The notes under the pieces are model-generated. The model did no database searches and was not told the origin of the DNA. It was given only the letters and a program-made list of their open reading frames with translations. Position numbers and translations under genes: made by a program. DNA of 63,994 bases, counting the filler, from Barthelona sp. PAP020 (Eukaryota): NCBI GenBank assembly GCA_040182905.1. It is 3 parts of 3 records of this genome, joined end to end, with 100 filler letters (N's around TTAATTAATTAA, not from the genome) between each part and the next. Parts side by side here need not be neighbours in the genome. Positions count along the whole stretch, not along the records: positions 1 to 25,504 come from JARQWU010000147.1; 2 more parts are not named here. One strand, given 5' to 3'. Below, piece by piece: positions 10,706-22,033 of this stretch (positions within the stretch are counted from its first letter, which is position 1; each line of letters begins with the position of its first letter).

Positions 10706-12928
10706 ATGAGTGAGTTGATCGTGCCAGAATCCATTAAAGAAGCATTAGCATATATTTTTGATGGATTATCTATTGAAGAATGTGTTGAAATGACTGTTAT
10801 TGATGAACAGGATGTTGAGATTATCAAAGATTTTATAGAATATCTTTTACAATTGTTAATAGAAGCATATTTTTTGGGGAAGCGAAGGGTTCAAACAAGG
10901 AATTATGATTTTGATATGGATGATGGTTTAATTTGTTCACTGTTACAAAATATTGGTGTTGATTTATTCCCAAAAGTTGAACTTAGAAAAGAAATTTTTC
11001 TTCTAGACTGTTTTACACAATTCATTAAATTATTTGACCCAATCCCACGTCTCATATTTTTATCATTTAGATTTCATCTTTATAAAGAGCCTATATCATC
11101 GGTTGTTGATGAGCTGAATGGAATGTATTCAACATTTGATGAAACGTTAGATGGATATGATATGTTTTTGTTTTATTTAGCAAATTTGTACTATTTGCAC
11201 TTCCAAATAAGTGTTTCTGTTGAGGTTTTGACGAAATTAAAGACGTTGATTGGCTTAGAATATGAATTTACAGGAATGTTAGGGAAGGGTTCAAGTAGAA
11301 AGCTACCTCCAAATCCATTGATGTTTGTTTCCATTAGTTCAGAGGAATCATTTGATAACACCAAAGAACGTCTTTTAGATGTATTTATTCCTGAGCAACA
11401 CCAATATGATGACAGATATATTATCCCTCAATTTGTTGAAGAAAATGATGAATTGAGCAAAAATTTGTCTTTCTTAACTCAAGCTGTTTTATTATTAGAA
11501 GAAAAGCTTTTGTCTTTGGATAATGCGGTTACTCCTGTCATTACTCAAAGAAAGAATGCTTTGGTTGAGAGAATATTGTTAACTCCCACATCTAATGCCT
11601 TTCATTTTATGGCTTTGGTGGAAAAAGAAAAATCAATGTCCAAAAGTTCACATCCTGAAAGGTTGTGCAATTTATTGAGCACTATGCATAAAATGGATGT
11701 TGTTGAAGTCAATTCTGTAGAAGAATTGGCAACATGTTGTTTTCCTTCAATCTTTACTATTCAAAAGAAATTAGCCTTTGAACATTTACATCTTGGTGCT
11801 GGTGTATTATCTGCCGATATGTATGAAGATTTAGGTATGTGGAATGAGCTTGTTTTATCATTGCAAAGTGCTGGTATTGCAGGAAAAGCTAGGACTGTTA
11901 TTGAAAAGAGATTATCAGAACAACCAACCGCTGGTTTATATTGTGCATTATCTCAATTGGAATCTGGACATGAAAAACTCAATTGTTTGACAAAAGCTAT
12001 TGAAATGGATGAAACATGTGCTTTGGCATACCGTCTATATGGTTTAGAGATGATCAAAACCAATGACGATTATCAAGCTTCAATCTATCTTAAGAAATCA
12101 TTGGAATTAAATCCCATTGTGCCTGATATCTGGTTTTCTTTAGGTTTTATATATATGAGATTATCCAAATGGAACGAAGCTCTTGATAGTTTTAGAGAAT
12201 GTTGTCGAATGAATCCAAGTAATTCAGATTCTTGGGCAAATATGGCTGGATGTTTGAAAGTGTTGAAACGACCTTTAGATGCATACATTTGTTTAAATGA
12301 AGCCAGCAAACATTGTTGGGAATCAGATCATCTGTGGGAATCTTTGGCTGTATTTGCTGTTGACACTGGACATTTTTCCACTGCTGTTCAAGCTTTAAGA
12401 CATTTGATTAGATTGAAAGGGGAAGTTGATATGGAAATTTTAGAAATTTTGGTACAGGCTGCTGAAAGAAATGTTGCAGACTTCAAAGGTCAACCTGCAC
12501 GATTAATTTTAAGTCGATCTTTGCCTCTTTTGTTTGACTATATTAGAGAAACAGCTAAAATTGAAAATCAAGGACTTTATTCTCTCATAGCTAGATTTGG
12601 AGAAATTCCTGGGTTTTCATATTCCATGGATTCAATTGAAAGTTATTTCAAACATATTCGTGAATTGAAAGAAGCAAATTGGACTGTTGAACTTGAAAAG
12701 AGAAAAGATTTAGAAAAGTCTTTAACTAAATTGGTTGAATTGTTAGAACAAGAAGATGATGATGGTGGAATATGGGCAGCCAAATTGATGATTAATTCAT
12801 TGATAAAACAAGTGGGAAACAATCATTTGGAGAATTCTGAATTTCTGAAAACTTTAAAATTATTGTTGACAAAATTAAAAAGATTAGAGGCAAACACCTC
12901 TTTTTCTTTTGATTTGAAATTCGATTAG
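10706..12928 (+). CDS. TTC27: TPR protein TTC27/Emw1-like
   Basis: FTGMLGK segment, LGAGVLSADMYEDLGMWNEL, TPRs (SLELNPIVPDIWFSLG; NPSNSDSWANMA; LWESL). Confidence 0.7.
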   Translation: MSELIVPESIKEALAYIFDGLSIEECVEMTVIDEQDVEIIKDFIEYLLQLLIEAYFLGKRRVQTRNYDFDMDDGLICSLLQNIGVDLFPKVELRKEIFLLDCFTQFIKLFDPIPRLIFLSFRFHLYKEPISSVVDELNGMYSTFDETLDGYDMFLFYLANLYYLHFQISVSVEVLTKLKTLIGLEYEFTGMLGKGSSRKLPPNPLMFVSISSEESFDNTKERLLDVFIPEQHQYDDRYIIPQFVEENDELSKNLSFLTQAVLLLEEKLLSLDNAVTPVITQRKNALVERILLTPTSNAFHFMALVEKEKSMSKSSHPERLCNLLSTMHKMDVVEVNSVEELATCCFPSIFTIQKKLAFEHLHLGAGVLSADMYEDLGMWNELVLSLQSAGIAGKARTVIEKRLSEQPTAGLYCALSQLESGHEKLNCLTKAIEMDETCALAYRLYGLEMIKTNDDYQASIYLKKSLELNPIVPDIWFSLGFIYMRLSKWNEALDSFRECCRMNPSNSDSWANMAGCLKVLKRPLDAYICLNEASKHCWESDHLWESLAVFAVDTGHFSTAVQALRHLIRLKGEVDMEILEILVQAAERNVADFKGQPARLILSRSLPLLFDYIRETAKIENQGLYSLIARFGEIPGFSYSMDSIESYFKHIRELKEANWTVELEKRKDLEKSLTKLVELLEQEDDDGGIWAAKLMINSLIKQVGNNHLENSEFLKTLKLLLTKLKRLEANTSFSFDLKFD

Positions 12929-13078
12929 TCTGATAAAACTTTTTTTTTTTCTTTTTATTCAAGGGAAAAAAGGCCATTTCGGTTAAAAAAACAGGAATAA
13001 ACAAAAAAATAGACAAATATTTACAAAAAAAAATAGAAAATACACAAATGTTTGGGAAATTTAAAAAGTTTCCATATA

Positions 13079-15781
13079 TTACATATTATTAATAGATAAT
13101 AATAACTTATAAATGAAAGAAGAATCAACAGTTGTATTTAAGTCATTGATTAATTTCTCTTTTATAGAACTCAATGATTTCTCAGAATATTCAGGCAACA
13201 ATTGCTTCAAACAAACAAATAAAAGAACATGATAGGAAAACTCAAAGAAATTTGAAGTAACATTACCAACGTTGCTGAAATATTCATCAATAAAACTCAA
13301 TGTCGAGGTCAAGACATGTTGACATTCAGCATTCCATCGATTGGTACCATAACGATATGAAAGATATCTTAACTTTTCAAAAGGCTCTGAAATCAATGGT
13401 AGAACATCAAAATAGCAAGCATCTCTTGAAAATTTATAACCCAATACACTTTTCTCAATGATTCCAGCATTTAACAATCTTCCCAAGACAGAATGAATTT
13501 TTGGATCTTCAATAGCTTCCAAAAGAAGTAATTTTTCTTCATGTTGACTTTCCAAAAACAAACCAGATTGAACAAAACGTGAAATAATGATGATTAGTTC
13601 TTTTGAAGGTTTTTTGTTAGTGTCATGCAAAGCTGTTTGCTTAGTGATCTCAATCAATAGGGTACATATTTGACCTATTGCTGAAGGGTTAACATAAGCC
13701 AATTGAACCAAACAGTTACCAGCAATATTCAACAAGGGTACCGGACAATTCTCTATCGAATTAATATCTAACAAAAGACTCACTACAGATAAAATTTTGT
13801 CGGAATATTCATTCAATAAATATAAATTGATGCTTAAACATTGAAAAGCACTTTCGACTTCAATCAAATTTACAGATTGTAAACCGATATGTGGAAACAA
13901 CCAAATTAAAGTGCTTCTTGCTTTATTTTCCAATATAGGCAATAAAAATTCCAAAAAATTACTGATTAATCTGGTTTCTGAATATAATAACAAAGAACTT
14001 AATGTATCGTCATCCAACGTCAATTCCAATTTTTCTCTCTTGTAATCTAAACTATTTAATAATAATTGCATCAAAGAATTCGTTAGTAATGTGTTTTTTT
14101 GCTTTGCTAGTACAGAAATTAATTTTGCTATTTCAGATTGATGAGTAGTTAGTAAGCTACTTAATGAATCAACAAAAGACACAAACATTTGAGCCGGAAC
14201 ACAATTAATCAATCCAGGAATCTCATTCAACAATATTAACGTTGATTTTTGACCTAAACCACTGTGAAATAATGGTGATGTTAAAAAGATTTTAAAAGCT
14301 TCCAATGAAAATACACTTAACGAAGGTAATTGAATCTGTTCATCATTTGAAAGATTCAATCCTAAAATCTCAAGTTGTAATAAATAGAAGCGTCTCGCGA
14401 CAATGGTAATTGGTGTATTTGGTAATTTTGTGGTTGTAGCCTTGGAAAATGCAAGAACCAATAACGAGTTCAACCTGTCTAATTTTGATGCTTTTAAAAT
14501 CTCTCCTAAATAAACAGTAAAAGTCTCAAAATCAATAATTCCACGATATATAATCATAGCAACGGTTTCAACTATTGCTTCATGTAATTCTAAAGAAGGG
14601 GCACGCTTATTTTCCATAAAAAATTCATCAATACAAACTTTAACTAGATGAACAGTACTGGCACTGTTTTGATTATTGTCTGCAGGCATTGTGTTTGCAA
14701 TAATACTGTTACAAAAGGGTAAAAGAACATCAACCCACAACTCACTTGAGAATCCATCAACAACAGATGACAGAGCTTCAGTTGAATCTGCACCAGGATT
14801 GACGAAGAAAAAGGGAGAAAATTGATGAAATAAATCCGGCCTATCTTGTAAAATATCACAAACCATTTCAATCGCAGTTGTTGAACGAGTGGCACAAAGT
14901 GACTCTTTCTCTAAATCTTTGTGAATGGCTGAAGCCACTAATAACTCACAAATAGCGGTAGCTAACGCCTCATCTGTGGAAGCAGGTGTTTTTGAAAAGA
15001 ATGGATCTTTAGCCCCACCTAATCCATCCACAATAATAGCTCTTAAAGCCATCCAAAACGAATTAGGAATTTTATTCCCTCTCAAAACAGATAATAAAGG
15101 AACAATAATAGGACGACACACTTTAAACAACTCTTCAATCACTAAACTATTTTGTGAATTTTTCACTATGTCCAAAATAACATGATGTCCAGTTCCAAAA
15201 TGAAAGTACGTTGGTAATAACCCTATCAACTTGTGACTAGCTTCTTCATCAATTGGACTAATAATCTGACCAACAAAATTAATGGGTAATCTACTGAAAT
15301 CTGATTCAACAGACTCAAACAATGATTGAGTGACCGGATTTAATTTGAAATTCTTGAAAAATTCACATAATTGTTCAATCATTTCAATGCAACAAATACG
15401 TGTTGATGAAGGTGTACCGTTCAAAAAAATAACATCATACAAATGATGAATAACTTGAACAAACAACACATTAACAATATCAATGGATTTTGGGTCTTCA
15501 AAAATTTTTTGAATTTTTGGTTTCATCCCGAAAATACTAATAATCTTTTTCAATTCTTTGAAAATATTAATTACTGTTGCCTGTTGAAAATCCACAGAAC
15601 ACCAATGTTGAGGTTTATTAAGAAAAACAAGCACATTAATGGTTTGTACAGTAGATTGAATAAATTCGTCGGAAGTTTTGGTATTTTTAACAAAAGCAAC
15701 AGCATTTGGATACCATAAATCAAAAATTTGGGCTGGAATTGCAGATTGATTCAAATCATCACGCCAAATAGATGTGTTCAT
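13079..15781 (-). CDS. Large Leu-rich helical (ARM/HEAT-like) hypothetical protein
   Basis: About 900-aa ORF; first ATG at 15781; helical, Leu-rich; family not recognised. Confidence 0.7.
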   Translation of the reverse strand: MNTSIWRDDLNQSAIPAQIFDLWYPNAVAFVKNTKTSDEFIQSTVQTINVLVFLNKPQHWCSVDFQQATVINIFKELKKIISIFGMKPKIQKIFEDPKSIDIVNVLFVQVIHHLYDVIFLNGTPSSTRICCIEMIEQLCEFFKNFKLNPVTQSLFESVESDFSRLPINFVGQIISPIDEEASHKLIGLLPTYFHFGTGHHVILDIVKNSQNSLVIEELFKVCRPIIVPLLSVLRGNKIPNSFWMALRAIIVDGLGGAKDPFFSKTPASTDEALATAICELLVASAIHKDLEKESLCATRSTTAIEMVCDILQDRPDLFHQFSPFFFVNPGADSTEALSSVVDGFSSELWVDVLLPFCNSIIANTMPADNNQNSASTVHLVKVCIDEFFMENKRAPSLELHEAIVETVAMIIYRGIIDFETFTVYLGEILKASKLDRLNSLLVLAFSKATTTKLPNTPITIVARRFYLLQLEILGLNLSNDEQIQLPSLSVFSLEAFKIFLTSPLFHSGLGQKSTLILLNEIPGLINCVPAQMFVSFVDSLSSLLTTHQSEIAKLISVLAKQKNTLLTNSLMQLLLNSLDYKREKLELTLDDDTLSSLLLYSETRLISNFLEFLLPILENKARSTLIWLFPHIGLQSVNLIEVESAFQCLSINLYLLNEYSDKILSVVSLLLDINSIENCPVPLLNIAGNCLVQLAYVNPSAIGQICTLLIEITKQTALHDTNKKPSKELIIIISRFVQSGLFLESQHEEKLLLLEAIEDPKIHSVLGRLLNAGIIEKSVLGYKFSRDACYFDVLPLISEPFEKLRYLSYRYGTNRWNAECQHVLTSTLSFIDEYFSNVGNVTSNFFEFSYHVLLFVCLKQLLPEYSEKSLSSIKEKLINDLNTTVDSSFIYKLLLSINNM

Positions 15782-15894
15782 AAAATGTATAAACAAAAAA
15801 TAAGATAAGAGATAATGTAAAAAAAATCTTGGAAAGAAATTTCAACGGCTTGGAAACAACAAATTCTATTCAAGAAATTTTCCATTGTAAATCA

Positions 15895-17187
15895 ATGGAT
15901 TTGGCAGAATTATTATCATTTAATGAATATGTACAAGATATTATACCCGAATTAAACGAATTTAATGATATTAATACAAATGACTATGTTCATGAAGAGG
16001 ATAATATTAATTTAGTTGTTGTTGAGTCCAATATTCATTCGGTATCCACAAATATTGTTAAAGAGGAAGAATTTTTCTTATTTGAAAAATTAATTGATGA
16101 TGAAACAAATATAGAGTTTATTAATTTAGATTTTTACAAATATAGAGAAAGAATTGATACCGAACCAGAAAAATTGATTGAATTAATCATTAAAGAAAGA
16201 AAAAAAGATTTTCAAAAAATATATAATCTCAATTTGGGTAGTTATGAAACATTTTTAACTTTCAAAAAGTTAATGAAATATGATTTACCCAAAATGACAT
16301 ATTTTTTTGGATTACATACAAAAAATCTAGCATTATTGTATGTTAATGAGTTGTTAGACATATTTAAATTATCAGAACACAATTTAATATTAATAATAAA
16401 ATATATTACTGAGTATTTGAAAGATTGGTTGGAATATACACAAGCGCACAATTTTTATTTCGATAAAGATGCTCCTTTCTTAGTTTTAATAAAGCAAATA
16501 TATGTATTATGTTGTAGGGATCAAACGAAGAAAAGTTTGAAATTGTTATTCAAACTTTTAAAACTTTTAAAAAGGAATTTATCATGTGAGATCGACAATT
16601 TTGTCAATGCATTGATATTTGCTCAAAGTTATGATTTTACCAAATTGAAAAAAACCTCAGAATTACAATTTTTGTCACCTATTGTTTGTTTTCCATTAAC
16701 ACCCTTTGAATCTGACTTGTTGACGAATTATCTATCAAATAAACACTTCTCTCGACACAGGGCTATTTACATTTCAAATATATTACTGATTTTATTCAAT
16801 TCTGGTTCAAGTTTAGCTGAAACTATGTTGTGGTTGTACAAATGTGAATTAATTGATCTCATTAATTTTTTAAAGGACAATTCTTTCAAAAAAATTCCAG
16901 TTAAACTGGAACTATGTAATGAAGCATATAAATTATGCTTGGAGGAGCATTTATGGCAATCAAAAAGTATCATCCCTTCTATTGAGTTGGATTCATGTTG
17001 TAAAATTCGGATTATTATAAACAGAGGAGAATTCCAAAAACCAAGAGTTTTTCCTGCTTTGAATGATGATGATATTAAAAGAATAGAAGAACTAAAAGAA
17101 TTGATGAATGATATTTTCAGCAATTGTAACAAATGTTCAGTTTGTAAACAATTTGAAGAATCAATTAATCAAAACTTAATCATATAA
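15895..17187 (+). CDS. Hypothetical protein
   Basis: Long ORF; first ATG at 15895 (track start is TTG); ends with CNKCSVC. Confidence 0.6.
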   Translation: MDLAELLSFNEYVQDIIPELNEFNDINTNDYVHEEDNINLVVVESNIHSVSTNIVKEEEFFLFEKLIDDETNIEFINLDFYKYRERIDTEPEKLIELIIKERKKDFQKIYNLNLGSYETFLTFKKLMKYDLPKMTYFFGLHTKNLALLYVNELLDIFKLSEHNLILIIKYITEYLKDWLEYTQAHNFYFDKDAPFLVLIKQIYVLCCRDQTKKSLKLLFKLLKLLKRNLSCEIDNFVNALIFAQSYDFTKLKKTSELQFLSPIVCFPLTPFESDLLTNYLSNKHFSRHRAIYISNILLILFNSGSSLAETMLWLYKCELIDLINFLKDNSFKKIPVKLELCNEAYKLCLEEHLWQSKSIIPSIELDSCCKIRIIINRGEFQKPRVFPALNDDDIKRIEELKELMNDIFSNCNKCSVCKQFEESINQNLII

Positions 17188-17255
17188 ACACACAAATACA
17201 TATTTTCTTTTTGTTCAAATAATCTCGTGTTTTGAAACTTTTTTTTTCTCCAAAT

Positions 17256-18056
17256 ATGAAATATCTCATATTATTAGGATTTATATTAAGCATTATTTAT
17301 GCACAAAACGAGGTTCAAGTATGGATGTGTCAAGAAAGATGTGACAAGAATACTACTTTTGATCTAAGTCAAATCATTCAAAATCGTCAGTATATTGATT
17401 CAGTAAGCTTTGAAAAGTATAATATGGGACCAAATTCAAGCGTAGTCTTCAATAAGCTTACAGATCCAACAAATACTTTAAAACAATACAATTTCAAATT
17501 ATATCCCATGGTAAGTATATATCCTCATGAAAACCCTGATAATATTGTTTGGATGCGTCAATTAATGATTGATCCCAGACCATTTGCTGATGTATTGATA
17601 GCTGAATGCCAAAAATATGGGTACAACGGTATTAATTTGGATATTGAACCTGTTGATTCTGTTCAAGAAGATGGTCCAAAGTTTAGCAAATTTGTAAATT
17701 ATTTGGCTGATCGTTTTCATGCTGTTGGACTTGAATTGCAGGTAGATACTGCTTCATGGATGAAAATGAATAATTGGATGCTATTAGGAATGTCTTCTGC
17801 CGACCAAATTGTTACTATGGATACCTATTGCTCAAAGTTCACCACATTCACCAACAGATTGAAAGAAATTTTAACTTATGTCCCTCCTAATAAATTAGTT
17901 GTTGGATTAATGGTTCAAAATGGTTTAAATATTGATGGTTTAACTGAAAGGATTAATTTTATGAAATCTGCTGGTGTTACCAAGCTTTCTATTTGGGTAA
18001 TGCCTTTAGATGATGATTGGTTTGAAATGATGAAAATGTGGAAAGCCATGAATTAG
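17256..18056 (+). CDS. Secreted glycoside hydrolase family 18 (chitinase/chitobiase-like)
   Basis: Signal peptide MKYLILLGFILSIIYAQ; catalytic motif YGYNGINLDIEP; ADQIVTMDTY; PPNKLVVGL; terminal SIW. Confidence 0.85.
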   Translation: MKYLILLGFILSIIYAQNEVQVWMCQERCDKNTTFDLSQIIQNRQYIDSVSFEKYNMGPNSSVVFNKLTDPTNTLKQYNFKLYPMVSIYPHENPDNIVWMRQLMIDPRPFADVLIAECQKYGYNGINLDIEPVDSVQEDGPKFSKFVNYLADRFHAVGLELQVDTASWMKMNNWMLLGMSSADQIVTMDTYCSKFTTFTNRLKEILTYVPPNKLVVGLMVQNGLNIDGLTERINFMKSAGVTKLSIWVMPLDDDWFEMMKMWKAMN

Positions 18057-18471
18057 GTCTTTTAGCACCTTCGTTGCACTTATAAATATGAAATGATAAA
18101 TTTGTTTTGTTTTCAGACTTTTTTAGACACATTTACCATAGAGAAGGCTTATATTTATGTAATCGGTGAGCTTTGACCGAGTATGATAGCTTTCTGAAAA
18201 ATGAACTGAAGGTAACTAAAGTACTCATTGGCAAAGAACCAAAAGTCAAAAATTTTTCATGCTTAAAAGTAAAAAAGGATTCTTTTCAATATCAAAAATA
18301 TTTGAGCCTTGTTTTCAAGATTTTATGCACCACAATTTTACATTATTGAGGTCAAAAAAAGGAAAGAGAAAGAGAAAGAAAAATTATCCGCAGATTAAAT
18401 TTTAAAGTAAAAAATAATGATGAAAAAGAACAAAAACAACAAATTTATAAGGTCTTTAAAAAGAATATCCC

Positions 18472-18547
18472 AAAAAAAAAATAAAAAAAAAATAAATAAA
18501 TAAAAATAAAGAAAAAATTAATAAATAAAAATAAAATAAAATAAATT
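18472..18547. repeat. A-rich low-complexity tract, (AAAAT)n-like
   Basis: Almost pure A with spaced T. Confidence 0.8.
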
Positions 18548-18662
18548 TATTGAATATAAAGTGAAATTTTATTCTATTCTTTGTAAGTGTCTTCAATATT
18601 TTGTTTATAATATAATTGTTGTATTTACTTTGTTCAATATATTAGAACTTGTCTATCAAGGA

Positions 18663-18970
18663 AAAGAAACATTGGGTAGGTAGTTAATTAAAATGAACAG
18701 TGTTCAATCTATTTGAGACTTTTTAAGTTTGATTCATCTGTTGAAACTTTAAACACTTTAAAAGCGAAAGTTGAAACTTTAAAATTTCCCATTTTTAAAA
18801 TATAAAAACCCAGTACATGAAAAATTCTACAAAACTTTGATTATTGATCATCAAAATTTTATTTTTGTTCCTCAATTCCCCCTTAGCGCTTTGAATATAC
18901 TTTGCTTGAAAGTGTTTTCTAAGTTAATTTTCTCCAGAAACAAATATAGTTGTTTCACAATTGGACCAAT
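18663..18970 (+). repeat. Dispersed ~320-bp repeat, diverged copy
   Basis: Shares in the same order atctgttgaaacttta, aaagttgaaactttaaaattt, cctcaattcccc, gttttctaagtt and tagttgtttcacaattggaccaat with the 48293-48616 copy. Confidence 0.7.
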
Positions 18971-19453
18971 ATTGTTAAAACATTCTTCTTCTCTATTCAC
19001 TTGTAAACATTGTGTTTCGGCATTTCTCTTTTATTCTTCACAGGCAACAGTCCTCTTTGGTTTGGAAAAAAGGTCGCTACTTTGGAGATTGACAGCAATA
19101 ATATGTATTTTTTGACAAATCAATATAACAATCATTTTTATATTCCCAATTTGTTCAATCAAAGGTGCACAACTCAAATACTTAAAATATTATATAGTTA
19201 AAAAAACTTGATTTCAAAGTGAACACATCCAGAATCTGAAAAATTTTCTTTTTTTGATGGATTTCAAAGAATTTTTTTCTTTTTTGAAGTAAAGTCAAAA
19301 AAAGAAAATCTTCTCTGAGAAAGTCCATTTATGTACAAACAAGTAAAATATAAAAACTTTATCTTTGTATCAATCAAAATTTCAAAATTTTTCATAAATA
19401 TGCAATAGAAATAGAGAGCAGAATTTTGTCCTTTTTTCTGTTTTTGGTTACCA

Positions 19454-21616
19454 ATGTTCACATTTCAAGAATTAAGGGGATTAGAAGAACTCCAACAACG
19501 TGTGAAAAAACGCAGAAAAGGTGTTGAAGCACCAAATGAAGACGCTTTTGAAAGATTGGAGAAATTTATCAAATCTAATGATGTTAATATGCCTGGAAAT
19601 GATTTTGAAATTGTTGAAAGAAATGTTGCGTCCGGAAGTGGTAGCTACTTGCATCTTGCAAAGCGATTGGGAAAACTTGTCATAATAAAGTTCTTCACGA
19701 GAAAGATCGAAAAAGATGAACTTGATCGAGAGTGTTTTGCGATGGTTTTGGATCACCCATTTATTCGACAAGTCTTTGGAGTGACCGAAATTGAATACAG
19801 AAAAGGTATTGTAATGGAGTATTGTGAAGATGTCCTTGAGGACATGATATCAGAGTTGTCTTTGAAAGAGAAGTTGGTTATCATGATGCAAGTTTCGTCT
19901 GCACTTGAATTTTGTCATAAAAAAGGTGTTATGCATAGGGATCTTAAGCCAAACAATATTTTGCTGAGACTTGGAGGTGATGGTGTGTATACACCTGCGA
20001 TTGCTGATTTTGGACTTGTTCGGGATACAAGCAGGAGCTCAGCTAATTCAATGATTGGTGCTACGAGATATGCTGCTCCTGAATTAACCAATGAGTCTGA
20101 AGTTATTAAAGCGATGCCCGCTGATGTCTGGTCATTTGGTGTTATGTTGGCTCAGGTTATTTCAGGTTCTGTTCCATTTGATGGGTTGAATGATATTCAA
20201 GTCGTGTTTAAATTGGGTCAGGGAAGACTTCCGTATGCTAAGCAATTGTTGGATACAATACCTGGTTTTGGAATAATTAAGAGGTGTTTGATTGTTGATC
20301 CAGATAAAAGGCCAACATTCAGTGAAATTACGGAGTATTTACAGATGCTAATCGAGCGTTTTGAGGGGTTGGGATTTGACGAAAAGAGGTTGGTGAAGGA
20401 AATAGCAATATTAAAAGAGGAAAATAAGGTTTTAAAGGAAGAAAATGAGAAATTGATAATTGAAAAACAAGAATTAGCAAAAGAGTTTGATGATTTAAAG
20501 AATATAAGAGAAGATCAATGGTTGAATAAAGAACAAGAATTGGTCCAAAACATTGATAATTTGAGAAAAGACAAAAGAGAACTATCAAATGAAAAACAAG
20601 AATTGGAAAAAGAAGTTGATCGTTTAATCAAACAGTTGAACAGGCTTATGAACATCAATGATCGAAAACTGGCAATTGAAGACAATAGTCAAATTTTTCA
20701 TGTTACAAAAATGTTTGAGGAAAAACCTGTGTTTAATCAAGTATTTCCAGATTCTATTGTTTATGCACTTGATTACAGCCTTGATGGAAGATTTTTTGCT
20801 GTCATAGGACAATATTATTCTCAATCCCTTAGAGTCTACAACACTGAAACTTACGAAATCGTGCATGAACATGATTATGTTAAGGCTATTGGTGTTAATT
20901 TCAGTCCAGACTCCAAACTATTGGCTGTTGGTGGATCTGGTCCAGCAATTCATATCGTTGAAGTTGACACTTGGAAAACAGTAAGAGTGATCAAAGGTAT
21001 GGCAAATAATGTAAAACGTGTGTGGTTCTCACCCGATGGCAAATTGCTTTCTTTTGGTATGTATGATGGTTACATTGCCATATTCACGATTAAAGGAGAG
21101 AAGTTGCATGAATCTCGAGCCCATACAAGTTGGGTTTGGTCTGTACGTATTAGCCCTGATATGAAGTACTTTGCTTCTGTTAGTGAAGATGGATGTTCAA
21201 AGTTGTTTTCATTGGATACATATGAAGAGCTTCACACGTGGAGTCATAGTGGTAAGTGGGTCATATCAGGCAGTTTCACTCCCAATGGTGCTTATTGGAT
21301 GACAGGTGATAAATCTGGCACAGTCAGGATATTTAATGTTGAATCCAGAGAGTTATTGAGTGAGTATGAAGTTCACAATAGTCTGATAAGTTGTGTCTTC
21401 TTCTCCCAAGATAGTTCATTGATTTATTCCTGTTCTAGAGATAAATCATTTGCTATTAGTCAAAGAGAAACAGGTCAAGTGCTTCAGAGAGTGGGTGTGC
21501 CTTTTCAAATTTTGGGCATGTCCCTCAATCATAATGGAACTCGTTTGTTGTGCAGTGGTTTTAAAAGTTATAATGAAAATGTGCGAATTCAAGAATTTGC
21601 TACCGTAGATTTGTAA
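19454..21616 (+). CDS. Protein kinase + coiled coil + WD40 propeller fusion
   Basis: VIIK, HRDLKPNNILL, DFG, YAAPE, DVWSFG; heptad region; then WD repeats (FSPDSKLLAVG, AHTSWVWSVRISPD). Confidence 0.92.
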   Translation: MFTFQELRGLEELQQRVKKRRKGVEAPNEDAFERLEKFIKSNDVNMPGNDFEIVERNVASGSGSYLHLAKRLGKLVIIKFFTRKIEKDELDRECFAMVLDHPFIRQVFGVTEIEYRKGIVMEYCEDVLEDMISELSLKEKLVIMMQVSSALEFCHKKGVMHRDLKPNNILLRLGGDGVYTPAIADFGLVRDTSRSSANSMIGATRYAAPELTNESEVIKAMPADVWSFGVMLAQVISGSVPFDGLNDIQVVFKLGQGRLPYAKQLLDTIPGFGIIKRCLIVDPDKRPTFSEITEYLQMLIERFEGLGFDEKRLVKEIAILKEENKVLKEENEKLIIEKQELAKEFDDLKNIREDQWLNKEQELVQNIDNLRKDKRELSNEKQELEKEVDRLIKQLNRLMNINDRKLAIEDNSQIFHVTKMFEEKPVFNQVFPDSIVYALDYSLDGRFFAVIGQYYSQSLRVYNTETYEIVHEHDYVKAIGVNFSPDSKLLAVGGSGPAIHIVEVDTWKTVRVIKGMANNVKRVWFSPDGKLLSFGMYDGYIAIFTIKGEKLHESRAHTSWVWSVRISPDMKYFASVSEDGCSKLFSLDTYEELHTWSHSGKWVISGSFTPNGAYWMTGDKSGTVRIFNVESRELLSEYEVHNSLISCVFFSQDSSLIYSCSRDKSFAISQRETGQVLQRVGVPFQILGMSLNHNGTRLLCSGFKSYNENVRIQEFATVDL

Positions 21617-22033
21617 AATTTTCACACTGTTTACTGCTTTCATTACCATTAATTATGAGTTTGACTACTATATTGAGGTATTTTAATAATATCAATAAAT
21701 TCAATAAGTTTTGTTATTTTATTGGTTAATTCGTTGTTGTTTTTCTTTTTTCACAGAAACTGGGATTTGACTATAAGTCCATATTTTGAAGAACTTAAAC
21801 TTTCAGTTCCATGATGACATCATGAATCCAAGATGTCTTCTTTGTGCTGTTTTAATATTTAAAAATAATTTGTGCAAGGGGAAGAATTCTGTTTCTTCCA
21901 GAAAATTGGATTTGAAAATAAATTTTCTTTAAAGTTACTTTTATTATTGATCAAATGAAATCCTAAAAGCAAATCATTGAATTTTAAAAAAGGTTGCACT
22001 TGAAGAAAAAAAATAAATTTTGTTTTTGACTAT

